A DNA stretch of 63,999 nt, filler included, from Ionaspis alba (Eukaryota): assembly GCA_964255285.1 (NCBI GenBank). It is 14 parts of 14 records of this genome, joined end to end, with 100 filler letters (N's around TTAATTAATTAA, not from the genome) between each part and the next. Parts side by side here need not be neighbours in the genome. Positions count along the whole stretch, not along the records: positions 23,412 to 27,962 come from CAXUUL010001089.1; positions 28,063 to 32,612 come from CAXUUL010001090.1; positions 32,713 to 37,260 come from CAXUUL010001091.1; positions 37,361 to 41,896 come from CAXUUL010001092.1; 10 more parts are not named here. The stretch is one strand, 5' to 3'. Shown here piece by piece: positions 25,144 to 38,081 of this stretch. The notes beneath the pieces were generated by a model. That model did no database searches and was not told the DNA's origin. It saw only the letters and a list, made by a program, of their open reading frames with translations. Each line of letters starts with the position of its first letter. Positions within the stretch are counted from its first letter, which is position 1. The translations under genes and the position numbers were made by a program.

Positions 25144-26017
25144 ATGATCCTATCTATTACCTCTGTGCTGCCACTTTGGCTCTTGATCTTGTTGCTAGAT
25201 CAGCAGTCAAAAGTCGGGGCGCAAACCATCTCTATTGCCAAGGACGCTGATCTCCTCAAACAAAGAGATTGTATCATTGGCTGTGTCGGCAATGGTTATA
25301 GTAATCTTGTTGCCGCAGTCGGATGCGAAAGATCAAAACAGGATTCCTGCCTGTGCGCGGAGGACCTCCGTAGCATCGGATCGTCGTTCCTGACAAGCTG
25401 CCTGGCGACCGAGTATACGACCTGCGGTGGCCCAACACCAATCACTGCCGCGCTCTCGATATACAACAGGTACTGTGGCTTCACAGGCCCAGCGACTGTC
25501 TTCGCAACCCCATCTCCGACGCCGAACATTCCTGGAGTCAACGACGTAGCTACAGTGACCGTTTTCTCCGGTCCTGGGCCAACGGTGACAGTGAAATCCT
25601 CGAGCTCTTCCGAAATACAACCGCTGAGCTTCAGTGAGTTGCTCCTCATCGCCGCATCCACATTGCCATTCATAATCGGACTACTCGCGGTACCTCGCGG
25701 CTGACCGACGAGGGTTAGGCCCAATACCTTCACCGACGACAGAGCCTTCACCCACTATCATTATCTCAAGTACTCCAAGCCCACCAGGTTCTACGACGAC
25801 CTCATTCAGCCAATCCTCTAATGCACAAACACCGGCATCCATACCATCTGCTTCTTCTACACAGATATCGACAGACGATAACGGAGGACTTAGTCGATCT
25901 GATAAGATAAACTTGTTAGTGGGGCTTCTGGTTCCGTTATTTTGTTTAGGAGCAACCTTTTTTGGATGGTGGCTTAAGAGACGTTTGAGTAATAATAAGA
26001 CCAATCATATTTCGTAA
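25144..26017 (+). CDS. Secreted 8-cysteine CFEM-like surface protein. Spliced form is single-pass transmembrane; intron-retained form (stop 25704) is GPI-like.
   Basis: Signal peptide MILSITSVLPLWLLILLL, eight Cys (CIIGC, C, CLC, C, C, YC) and an S/T/P-rich stalk. Intron 25634-25718 (GTGAGT...GCTGAC...TTAG) joins in frame to an S/T/P stalk, GLSRSDKINLLVGLLVPLFCLGATFFGWW and a KRR stop-transfer; TAA at 26015. Confidence 0.75.
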
Positions 26018-26648
26018 CCATGATGAAGAACCAGTGAAACGCCTTCCGTTCTTGCAAGACTGCTCCCAAAAACTTATGGCTCTGGAGGTTACTACCAGGA
26101 TCATTGCACAGTTCCTCGAGCGAGGGTTGCGTCTCAACTAGTTTCGCCAGAATCTTGCCGTGGAAGCCGCTCCCAGCAAGGCAGTGCTTAAAGAAAACCC
26201 CTTGAGTGATTAACTAGATATATAAGAACTAATTGATTGCTGTATCGCCAAAGAGGTCAGTTCTTTTGCCTTCAATTCCAAGCCGTGAAATCGAGCACCC
26301 CACCCTGTGGTCTTCAAGGAATTAGGCTCGACTGTTAGCTGTGACCCTGCACGTCAGGGAGGCCACACCTTGAATCCTCGATCGTAACGTTTGAAGAGTT
26401 CTTAGGATCTGATCTCAGGAAATGCCCTAGAGTTATCTTCGGGTTCCGGCCACTAATCTACCGCGAAATGGTCCGAGCTTCTTGGCCCGCTTTGAGCCGG
26501 GAGTGCAGGAAATTCTGTCGGCATATGTACAAAACTCAGGATCATATTACAGCTGTGCTTCCAATCACTACTCCCCATGCTTCAATCTTTGCTCTCTTGG
26601 AGCGCAATCGTTGAGCCATGTGGCTAGAAGTGTTTACCACAGCCGCTG

Positions 26649-27738
26649 ATGGCAACTTTCATACCTCGAACGGTCTTCCCAACCCTCGACTCTTTACCTC
26701 GTTCGTACTTCTTGGGACATCATCGAGCTGGACTCAACAAGATGAAGACTATGCTCTCGTCAATCGATCTTATTATTGAATGCAGAGACTATCGGGTGCC
26801 GTTGACCTCACGGAACCCTCTCTTTGAGGATAATCTAGCGGGTAGAGCAAGATTGATCGTCTATACTAAGCAAGATCTAGGAAGTGAGGGACGGCAACGG
26901 GATAGAAGGGTAATTCTCCTCATGAATGGTATGATGCTACATCTCCGTACATGGGCTCATTTTTTCATAGCGAGAAGACATTATCAAACAATGGCACACG
27001 CCTGCTGAAGTCCTCTTTTCTGACCACAAAGATCCTCGCTCCGTCAGGAAGGTTCTGAACTTTGCTCGCAATCATGCCGAATCGAATGATACTTTGACAG
27101 CCTCGAGAATGATGATTGTTGGTATGCCCAATGTAGGAAAGTCTTCTTTATTAAACGCTTTGCGTCAAGTTGGAATGCACAAACGAAAGGCCGCCTCTAC
27201 AGGAGCACAACCAGGAGTCACAAGAAAGATAGGGACAACGGTGAGAATTGTCGAAGCTACCGAGGATCGTGAGGGAGTCTACCTCGTTGATACACCAGGG
27301 GTTTTTGTCCCATATGTACCAAACTCGGAATCAATGCTTAAGCTTGCGCTCTGCGGTAGTGTCAAGGACACAATTATTGCTCCAACTACTCTTGCGGATT
27401 ATCTTCTCTTTCAGCTCAACCTGCAAAGACCGAGTCTCTACGAGGAGTATTCCGAGCCAACCAACGACATCATGGTACTCTTGGATGCGGTAGCTCGCAA
27501 GACCGGCAGATTGCAGAAAGGGGGTAAACCAGACCAAGATGCGTCAGCCCTGTGGATAATACAAAGATGGAGAGGTGGCCACCTCGGACGCTTTGTGCTG
27601 GATGAGATAACGGAACAAAGCTTTGATAGAGACCGAATGGACATCGAGAACCTAAGTGGGAGTGTGAGCCAAGCACGTCGAACCGAGAAAGAAGTAAGGC
27701 GGCAGAGATCGAAGGCCAAACACATAGAAGCTGGATAG
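26649..27738 (+). CDS. MTG1: Mitochondrial ribosome-assembly GTPase 1 (YlqF/RbgA family)
   Basis: SYFLGHH, IIECRDYRVPLTSRNP, YTKQDL, VGMPNVGKSSLLN, GAQPGVTR and DTPG. Intron 26910-26970. Confidence 0.93.
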
Positions 27739-28244
27739 AACAAAAGTTCAAAAGCAACAGATTCCTTGTATGCTTTCGTATCAGGATGATCTCCAGGTTG
27801 GAATCAGCACGGTGGAGGCACTAGATCACCGTGACAGGCTCGGTCAATGTGACACCAACTTAGCCATTTTGGGTGGGGTATTGAATCATAGTTCATGATA
27901 TGATTCCGAAGATCATCCCAGCTTGTCCAGCAGCCGCCGCCTTCTCCTATCAACAAGCTCTTNNNNNNNNNNNNNNNNNNNNNNNNNNNNNNNNNNNNNN
28001 NNNNNNTTAATTAATTAANNNNNNNNNNNNNNNNNNNNNNNNNNNNNNNNNNNNNNNNNNNNTCTATCTAATCCATGCTGTCTGTGGATCTCTGTGAACG
28101 GACGCTCCTTATGGATCAGAAACTGACATGCCTAATTAGCCCCTCTACCAACCACATGAACATACAACCAATACACCGTCGTCAAAGTCCCTGGAGACTT
28201 CCCTTCAGCTGTCAAAGAGGGTTATTTAAGTAGCCAGGATTATT

Positions 28245-31200
28245 ATGGACAAGATGGCGAATCTACCCTTCAGAGTAAAGGCTGTTTACGATTACGCTTC
28301 ACCTCATGACGACGATTTAAGCTTTCCGAATGGCCAAATCATAACAGTGACGGATGAGGAGGACGCCGATTGGTATTATGGAGAGTATCAGGACAGCTCT
28401 GGAACAAAACAGCAAGGCTTGTTTCCAAAGAACTTTGTGGAACGGTATGAGCCCGCGACTCCTCCAAGACCTTCGCGGCCCCAAAGACCAAAGAAAGAAG
28501 TGGAGGCCTCCTCGAACATTGGAGGGACGCCTCAGGTCGCAGAGCAAGAGCCAGAACCCTTCTCTCAATATGTTGGTAGCCCCAATCCGGCTCCCGATGT
28601 CCAGAACGTCGATATCTCGAGCCCTCGACGAGTTGATGACAAAGTTACGGCGGTCACTACTCCACTGTCAGCACTCCATGTCTCGAACAGCGAAGTTTCA
28701 GCCAAGCCCTCTGGCATGAAAGCAGGACCTCCAGTGGCAGAGAAACCTGCAGTCGGATCGTTCCGAGACCGTATCGCAGCATTCAATAAGTCTACAGCAG
28801 CCCCAGTGGCGCCTACGAAGCCAGTCGGACTCAATCAAGGTGGTGGATCATCTTTTGTAAAGAAGCCGTATGTTGCACCTCCACCAAGCAGAAACGCATA
28901 TGTTGCTCTGCCTCGTGAACCACCACCGCAAAAGGTATATCGGAGGGAGGAGGATCTAGAGGTAACAACGCAGACTTCTCGTGATTCTGAGGACCGAAAT
29001 GTAGCGCCTCCAGCTCCCTCTGCTATGTCTACGGACGAAACAGGCGGAGACCAACCGAAGCCTACTACCTTGAAAGAACGTATTGCATTGCTGCAAAAGC
29101 AACAGATGGAACAGGCAGCAAGGCATACAGAAGCTGCACAAAAGAAGGAAAAATCGAAGCGTCCTCCAAAGAAGCGAATGGAATCTCATCCTGATGCAGG
29201 AGTATCTAGTACCTACGTTGACGAAGAGACTGCTGAAGGATTCGACCTGGCAGATCATGCTCAGGATCAGCCAGTGGAGAGCACTGATGACGAGCCGAGA
29301 CTTCGTACCAGATCGTCCACACGGCGATCGAAGTCAAAGGAGACATCGCCTTTGACGACTCCTACAGCTAGCCGTGAGGGATTTCTTAGTGATCCTAATG
29401 ATGCCGACCAGTCCGGTGCTGGAGATACAGAGGATGGTGGAGACGTCTCTACCGGTCGAGATGACAGCGATGAGAAGCCTCGAAGCCGGGTTCCTACACT
29501 CCCCTATCGTACCTCAGCACCACTACGCCAATCCGATCTCCAGGACGAGGCGCAGGAGGATGACAAAGGAAGTGAGGAAGAGGACGAAGAAGACGAGGAG
29601 GAGGAGGAGGAGATGGATCCTGAGGTGAGGCGAAAAATGGAGATTCGAGAACGGATGGCGAAGATGAGCGGTGGTATGGGTATGGCCGGAATGTTTGGTC
29701 TTCCAGGTGCTATGTCGCCAATGAGTACGAAAAAGCAGAAACCAAGCGGTAGCAGCACGAAAGACAAGGTCACAGCAGAGCCCTCGGGTAGCCTAGACTC
29801 TACAACATCTTCCAATCAACCTGTCATGCCTCTGCCCGGCATGCAGCGTATGCGAAGTCCTGAACAGGACGACAGACCTATCGAAGTATCCAAGGAGGAA
29901 GCAATGCTGCACAAATCAATGATACAAGGCAGGGACCCAGAAGAGGTGCCGGAGATGGAGGACATGAGTGAAGAGCCTGTGCAGAGACCGCAGAAACCTG
30001 ACGAAAGAGGCGTACCACCTCTAAACCCCCAAGGTATATTTCTATGATCACAGCTTCAATTATGTCCACTTAATCATTTGACAGATCGTCCTGTGCCAGC
30101 TCCCCCACCTGTCTCAAGAGGTGTAGCACCGCCCGTGCCCTCTGAACGACCTGTGCCTCCACCTCCAAAGGCCGCCGACTGTAAGTTCCCCTAGCCTTGT
30201 TTCATGACTGGTCGTGCTGAATATGCCTTCAAGCTCGTCCCGTTCCACTTCCTCCCGCAGAGCCTCCTATGTCACCAAGTCCGGGCTCAGAATCCGATGA
30301 CGAGATGTCCATGCATAACAAGAGCCTCTCGCTAGACACAAACGTCCCTTCCGCTGCTCAATCTACAAGTAGGGACGCTCCACCCAGTCTTCCAAATAGG
30401 ACATCTCTAGTCCCTCCCCCAAGGCCTCAAATACCACGCTCTCCACCATCACACCACGATGACTTCAAGGCAGAATCAATGGTTAATCCTACCTCACCTA
30501 TGATCCCGGGATCCGCCTCAAAGTCCAGTCGAGTACCTCCTATACCAGGAGCAAGTCCATCCACGTCATCTCCACCTCAAAACAGGGCACCGCCACCACC
30601 GATTCCTGCCGGCGCTCCTCCAAGCAGGAGGACAACAGGTGAAAAGAGCCTGCTCGCAGTATCGAAGACACAAGTGGAGGAAAGCGAGGAAGTTACAGAA
30701 TATGACGGCGATTATGATACCGACATCGCTTCTGGTGCACCACATAAGGATGCTTTGAAATCGCATTCAAGAGAAATTAGCTTGGATGAGCCACTAACCA
30801 AGGAGGAAGTAGCCTATCATCATGAAGGGTTGCCCTCCCTCGGCCCGCCCCCAGGAGCTCCACCCAATCCAGCTGGTAGCGCCCCTCGAGCTATGCCTCC
30901 TCCCCCTCCCAACCAACCTCCGAAGCATGCGCGGAAGTCATCGGATATGCCTCGCACAGCTCCACCCCCTCCGCCACCGCCGAAAGAGCAAAATTTAGCT
31001 GAGGACAATGGAGACTATGACCCATATAACTACGTGTCGCGACAGGGAACCTCAGCTAGTGGTGGTTCTATGAGCCATGGAATTACCATGACGCCTCGAA
31101 CTGCGGAAGATTTCGACGATATGTATGATGCTTCTCCAACCAAGTCACATGCTGCTTCACCACCAGCACAGGCATCAAAGTCATTTGCTACATCCCCTGT

Positions 31201-32071
31201 CATGCCACCTCCTATGCCACGCCAGTCTTTGGATGTTCTTCGCGCTCCGAATACCCGAAGATCAATGGATGCTCCTCGACCCTCATCGGAACAAGGATTC
31301 ATAGCTGCTGAAGTAGACCTCGGTCGCAATAGCCAGTGGTGGATCCAGCGGAAGATGCCTCCACCAACCTTCCAGAACCGATCGGACGTCAACTTCGAAA
31401 TAGAAGAATCGAGTGCAACTCAGCAAGGAGGAGCTCAATCGATTGTGAAGCATGTCTACGTGCTTTTTATGGACTACTCACAGACCGTTGTTACTGCCAG
31501 ATTCGACGCCAAAGACCCTTCCAAAGTGGAGTTCCAGCAACGACACGAGCCTCCCCCATCACGCCTTCGACAGGATCAATTGGAAGATGCTCATACTAAA
31601 TTCGGCGCTCGCATTGCTGAGATGTCCAACACAAGGGTCAATTCTATTGTTGGCGATGGCACTCCGTTTGCCCTTGTTTCTGATCTCATGAGCCACTTAT
31701 CAGGTGCGCTACCTTCGGTTGGAACACGCGCATATGGCGCCTTGGTCTACACTAATCTGGCAAACGCTTCCGTTCAGCAACATGATGAGATCAGAGCTGG
31801 CGACATCGTCTCCTTTAGAAATGCAAAGATGCAAGGGCATCGTGGCCCTGTTAAGCAGAAGTACAACATCGAGGTCGGAAAGCCAGACCACGTTGCTGTA
31901 GTTTTCGATTGGGATGGGACGAAAAAAAAAGTCAGGGCGTGGGAGCAGGGAAGGGAGAGCAAGAAGGTCAAGATTGAAAGCTATAAGCTGGGTGATCTGA
32001 AGAGTGGAGAAGTCAAGGTTTGGCGCATAATGTCGAGAGAGTGGGTTGGGTGGGGTGGAGGTCATGCTTAG
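28245..32071 (+). CDS. BBC1: Myosin tail-interacting SH3 protein Bbc1/Mti1
   Basis: N-terminal SH3 (FRVKAVYDY...DDLSF...DWYYG...GLFPKNFV), SFRDRIAAFN and TLKERIALLQKQQ motifs, and a Pro-rich middle. Conserved C-terminal domain (LFMDYSQT, IRAGDIV, KLGDLKSGEVKVWR). Introns 30034-30084 and 30181-30233. Confidence 0.9.
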
Positions 32072-32712
32072 GATGAGTTGTGGGTTTCAGTTGTTCATAG
32101 CGTTGTGGAGTACTTTAGTTTCACCTGTTCCATATTGGTCACTTCTTGTCTAGTCGTTATCAGCAGAGTCGAGGTAGTCTGTGTCAATGGTGCCTCCACA
32201 CTCCACGAAGTATATTCAGACTCCTGGCACAAACAACTTTATGGGTTTCCTTGACGCACAAAGTGGGCGGTTTTCCATTCTCACCTGCGTTACCAGCCCA
32301 TCTATAACACATTCCGGCATCAGTGTTTCCAGATATTGAAGCAAGGCAGCAAGTTTGTGGAAGAGCGAGCTGCCACCGCACTAGCCTCCCAATATGTTGG
32401 CCCCTCCCCAGATCTCGACAGTATAAGAAGCCTGTTGGGATCTCTAAGACACTCAACTATGCTCGATAAAGGCGCGAACTGCAGACAGCACACTTGATGC
32501 TGCTTAAGTGTACGGATACAGGCCGCAGAAATAGTCGTGAACAGAGGATCGTTCCTTTGAAACTTCGTCTGGATAGGAGTGATCCCCTTCTCCGGGAACT
32601 GCGTGTACTGACNNNNNNNNNNNNNNNNNNNNNNNNNNNNNNNNNNNNNNNNNNNNTTAATTAATTAANNNNNNNNNNNNNNNNNNNNNNNNNNNNNNNN
32701 NNNNNNNNNNNN

Positions 32713-35232
32713 TCGTTGGGGCTGGTGGGGGGTTTGCCGCTGGGGGGCGTCGTGACGGGTGTTTGGACGATGGAGTTTTTCCGTGAGGCTTTCTTGGACG
32801 AGCGGGTGGAGGTTGTGCCGACGGGAAGGGAGGTTCCGCTTCCGCGGTTGCGTTTTTTGATGACGTCGGTTTTGAGGGAGAGGGGTCGGACGACGCCGTG
32901 GAGTTTGAGGAAGAGGCCGCAGGCGTTGCAGAGGGGGTGGCCTTCTGGGTTGCGGCGCCAGAGGGGGGTGGTTTGGGTGAAGCAGTTTGTGCAGGTTGTC
33001 GGGATGCCGTTGTTGGGGTTGTTGTTGTTAGGGTCGCTGTTTTTGTTGGAGCCGCCGGGACTGCTTGGGCGGGATGGGACGACGCTGCTGAAGCCGGATT
33101 CAGGGGGGGAGCTTGGGGAGGATTGGGGTCCGGACTGTAGGCCTTGTTGTTGGGCTAGGTGGACTGCGTTTGGGGTGGAGCTTGTTCGAGGGATTTTTTG
33201 TCGCCGGAGGTCGTTTCCGCGGTTGCGCATGTCGCTGACGGAGACTGCGGAGCCGTGGGCGCGGGCGAGATTTCCGCCTTGGTTCCAGTCTTGAGGCGAT
33301 GATACCATTTCGGTTCCTCCTATTGTGACTTGTTTCCGAGGAGGTCCTCCGGGGTATCTTGCAGCCATGGTGTTGAATTGACCACTAAGATTTGAATCCC
33401 ACTGCAGGTTTGCATTCATATCCAAGCTCGGTTCGTCCATTGAAGGATAGTCGGTTTGCATCATCATCATCGATCGATCTGCAAATGCTCCTCCTTCGTC
33501 ATCCTCATTATCCGAGTCTGCGCCAAAAGAGAACATGTTTTCTGTACGGGCAACAGGCAGAGCGGGGGATTGTGAGTTTGAGAATTCTGGGTGCAAGACT
33601 TGTGAGGGATTGATATGTTGCTGCATTGCGAATGATGGGGAGCTGAAGTTCTGCGTAGGACCGGCGCTTGTCACCGTACTAAACATTGTCTCTCCATTCG
33701 GATTGTAGATGTAGTGATGTTGCATCGAGTTGGAAAGGTTCGAAGGTCGATTCACGGAGTAGTTCAGCATGGGTCTTTGTTGCCTGACCTCCATAGCATT
33801 CTGCTCAAAAAACATGCGGTCACCTTCGTGAGGCGGTTGCGGGGTAGAAGTAGTCGAGGGGAACGCTGATCCTGGCGGGGAATAGAAATCTGTTGAATTC
33901 ATAGATGAACCCATCGATGTAGGATTGTACATTGAAAACGGTCCGTGATTCACGAGAGGCGATCCCGTTGGAGAAAATGTAAAGTTCTGCTGGAATGGAC
34001 CAGCAGAGTGTAGTATTGGATCATCATTGGTTCCAAAGGTATCAATATTGAAAGGCATTTGAGTGTGGGAACTGGAAGATTGCGGGTATCCATTCTGAGG
34101 TCCGCCGTTGTCCAGGCTGTAATTGTTCAATGCCATGTCGGTATCTGGATCTGTAGGAATCGAGATGCTGTTGACAGGTGGGACTTGAGGAGAGAATTCG
34201 GCAGGTCGCTTTCGAGTCTTCAAGAAGTCAGTTAGCATGAATGCTTCATTCTCTCCGACCAATTATATTACCTTGATATCGTCAATACTCGTCTTCCTCA
34301 CATGCCTTTGTACATAGTCAAATTCATGACCCCGTCGCGCTTCATGCGGCGGGAAGGGCGCAGAGGCAGGAGGAAGAGGGTACGACTGATCGTGAGATGG
34401 CTTCTTGTTCTTGATAGGTATCGCGGCGGCGGCGGCATTGGTAAAGGTAGTTGCGGGCGGAGATGGCGATGTCGTGGTTGGGGAACCAATGGAGGTGGGG
34501 AATATGAAATCGTCGAGGTTCATAGGATCCGATTGAGGGGTAGCAGAAGCATCAATCGACTGTCGCAGTTTCGCAATGCCAGAAGGAGCAGTAGCTTTCT
34601 GCTGAGCCAGACTGTAGAGTCGAGGAAGCAGACATTAGTTCTGGTTGGCATACAGAATGCGGAACAAAGTAAAAAGCACCAACGTACCGTGCTTGCTGTT
34701 CTCGTTCTTTGCGCTTCAAGTTCATGGCCATCATTCGCCAAGTGAGGTTCTCCATCCTCTCCTGGTTGGGCAACTGGGTCTTCGTCTTGCTGTAGAGCTT
34801 CCATATCTGCGTGGCGAGTGGATCCTTCTTTTGCATTTCATCGGGATGGTCGAGGTCGGCGCTCGCAGCGTCGTCTTTCCAATTGGAGAAAATGGCTTCG
34901 GGGAGCAACTCCTTACGAGGAGCGGCTGTGCTTTGGTTGGAGAGATCCAGTTTGACTTCAGTATGTAATGTTCTGCTGGATGCTGGCTGATTTGTCGCAG
35001 CAGCAGCAGTAGCAGTAGCAGATCCTGGTGGTATTGATTGTGGTTGGTGGGAAACCCGTGACTGTCGTTGTGGGGAAGAAGAGGAGGATGATGATGATGA
35101 TGCAGCAATAACATTATTACTCGCAGCAGCTGACGCTTCTCCACTGACGCCGAAGGACGGGGACTCGAATCTGACATTGGAGTGCGTGGCTGCGGTGCCC
35201 CCACGCCTTGGATTGTAATGCGCCTTGGACAT
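32713..35232 (-). CDS. areA: GATA nitrogen regulator AreA/NIT2 (3' truncated)
   Basis: [13 protein letters not shown]...[29 protein letters not shown] and RKRPAEFSP. Zinc finger [50 protein letters not shown]. Introns at 34612-34687 and about 34219-34271. Confidence 0.97.
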
Positions 35233-38081
35233 GACCGACCACTTTGGCCAGTAGTGGAGGTGTCCCCGGCTGAACGAAGAAGCATGCAAATTGGGTGGGA
35301 GTGATGGAAAGAACGGGGTGAAAGCGCTACGTTAGACGGGGTTGTTCTCCTCCAGGAAGCCGATGGGGGTGGATGGAGTCACCCGGGAGGCTGCTTGAGA
35401 GTTGCGGGTGGTAAAGGGCCCGTCTACGCGGGATGCGAATCGGGGGTGGGATGAGTAGTAGTAGTAGTGGAGGGACAGAACGAGTAGGAGCAAACTCAGC
35501 AGAGCAGTAGTAGGGTGTTCTTTAGATGATGTTGCCGGCTCTTTTTTGGCAACTATGAGTAGACTACTACTCGCGCACCTTTGAAGGTTGGCAATAAATG
35601 TTACCTCCATCGGCCTCGAGACGCCACCGACTGTCGAGTGGGCTAGAACTACTCCTTAGTTGATGTTCCACCTTCCCTGGTTCCCTACCCACAGGAGCAC
35701 GCTACGATGGAAGGTGGAGAGACGGGTGCAAGAATGCAGCATTGGAGGGAGGGAACGACGCATTGTTTGGAGGATTGGATGCCGTCTGATTCGACCTTGA
35801 GTGATCATCAAGTGGCTCTTGCTTGCCTGCGTGCGCCAAAGACACGACCTTCTTTCTGATGGGCCTCATCCCTGCGCATGCTTCCTGTCGTGCGTCGCGC
35901 GAAGCGGTTGGTCTTCCTCGACTACGAGAACTTAGGGTGGGGGGATCTTTCCAGGGGTGGGGGAACAAAGGAAACCAGATGATTATTAAAAGTCAATGAT
36001 TGACCTCTATAATATTGTCAGCAATCTCTTTCTCTGTAGCCAACTCACCAGAGAGGGCTCGAGCGTTTTTTCCCTCTGGTTTTAGCAATTGCATAGTCGC
36101 CGCTGTCGCCGCTGTCAAAAACACAACTCTCCAAAAGTACGTGCCTCTTCCAAAACAGTCGAGTATGATCTCAAAGGGTCCTGCGCCAGGGTTTGGACTA
36201 CAAAGCTTTGTCGGATACAAGAACGACGGCAGTCGGGCTTGGCTACACACATGATACACAATGGAGGAATCTCGATCTTGGATAGACTACGAAACCAATA
36301 TCTTTTATACTGCTAGTATCGACCACGACGGACAACCCGAAGCATGTCACGGCTCGGTCCCCTCCTGATGAGCGAGAAAACCACTATACTTGTTTCAGTG
36401 ACAAGACACTGGCACTTCCAGTCCATCAAACAGAAAGAAAATTCCTTCACGCTACATGTGCTTTGGTCAACGGGCAATGAGACTTGCTCCAATATGTATA
36501 GGAAGATGTTGACAATATTCCAGACCGAAGCGCCGGACCCGATGCGGTACGAGATTCGTGGTCCGATATGTCCCGCGAGCTCCACGATCTGTTCTCAGGG
36601 ACCCGCTTGCTTCTTGGGAGGCTCGTTTGAGGTTTGAGGATTCGCCGAAGAGATGCCTAGCAACAGTAGCACTGTGATGTTGTCTGCAGCCGTTGAGTAT
36701 CCACAACGGAAAGTAGGGGATGTTAGTTCATCTCAAAGCCACAACCTTGACGGCATCACGAGTCGCGGAAATGGCGACGAAATGGTCTATTGATTCCTTG
36801 CCTTCGCTAGAGAGGTTCCTCGCAAATCACTAAGAACAAGAAGGCCGAGATCATTGTCTTCTGGGACTTGCGATGGAAGGTCTTGAAGGGATAGGTTGAA
36901 CCCGTATCCCCAAGCATTGTAGACCATAGAGCGTCGTCCGGTGATGATGTCGGAGACAGTCCAGTGTCTTTCTGTATGGGCCCTGAACATTCATCTGCGC
37001 AAAACACACAGTATTTCCGCTTTTGCTGCCATTGGACGGCCAGACCTTCGCAATGGAAAAGTTGACAATAGGAAATCTCCCGCAAAATGCCATGTGAAAT
37101 CAAGTACACGACAAGTCAGCACAACACTCAATGCCGTAGAACAAGAACAAGTCGCCCCACCAAGTAAAAATCACATGCCTGAACCCAGCACCACTCACCC
37201 CACACAACCACCACCAAACCCCAGCAAAACCAACCTGGACCAATCACCACCCCTCCCAATNNNNNNNNNNNNNNNNNNNNNNNNNNNNNNNNNNNNNNNN
37301 NNNNTTAATTAATTAANNNNNNNNNNNNNNNNNNNNNNNNNNNNNNNNNNNNNNNNNNNNTCCCTCCCTCCCTCCTTTCTGCCCACAACAAACGCCCAAG
37401 CTTTTTCCGACTTGGCCACGTTCATACATACACCATGTAGCCGCATACCACACCACCACCACACACACATCACAACAATGACCAGGGGGGCTGAAGGGAC
37501 CCTCCCCCCGGCATCGAGAAGTGGGGTGGGTGTGCAGCAACATCGTGTGTAGTTATTCGTGCTGAGGCAACAAACGCTGCCGGTAGCCATTTATTGGAAG
37601 CTAGCGCCCTCGGTCTTAAGTTGTAAGCAGGAAAGGGTCAGCCGCTCCAATATCCAATCTCACCTGCCTTGGTGTACATGCGGGCTTGGGAGGAGGGACC
37701 TCTCTTCGTCGAGGCCTGGCGGGCGGACCAGAGAAAGAAAAAATACGAGCTCTAGCGAGCAGGCAGGCAAGCAAAAGACCGGTGTGTGGTCGACTGATCT
37801 CTGCCTTTCATTGGTGGCTGTCAGGGCTATCAGGAGCCATGCGAGTCTGCTCGTCCCACTGCATCTGTACATCATTTGCATCATGGAGCCCGCGTGCTAT
37901 AAGTATGTCTCGTCTTCCCCATGGCATTGAAGAGTTCGTCGACGAGCTTCCTTCTTCATCCTCCTCCCCCCTCTCCCCCTCGTGTCTCTGCTACCAGGGA
38001 TCTGTTTCCCGTCCGTCTGTCTTTCGTTGTCAATCCGAGACAATCATCGTCATCCATAATATTATAATCATTTAGCCCGTC

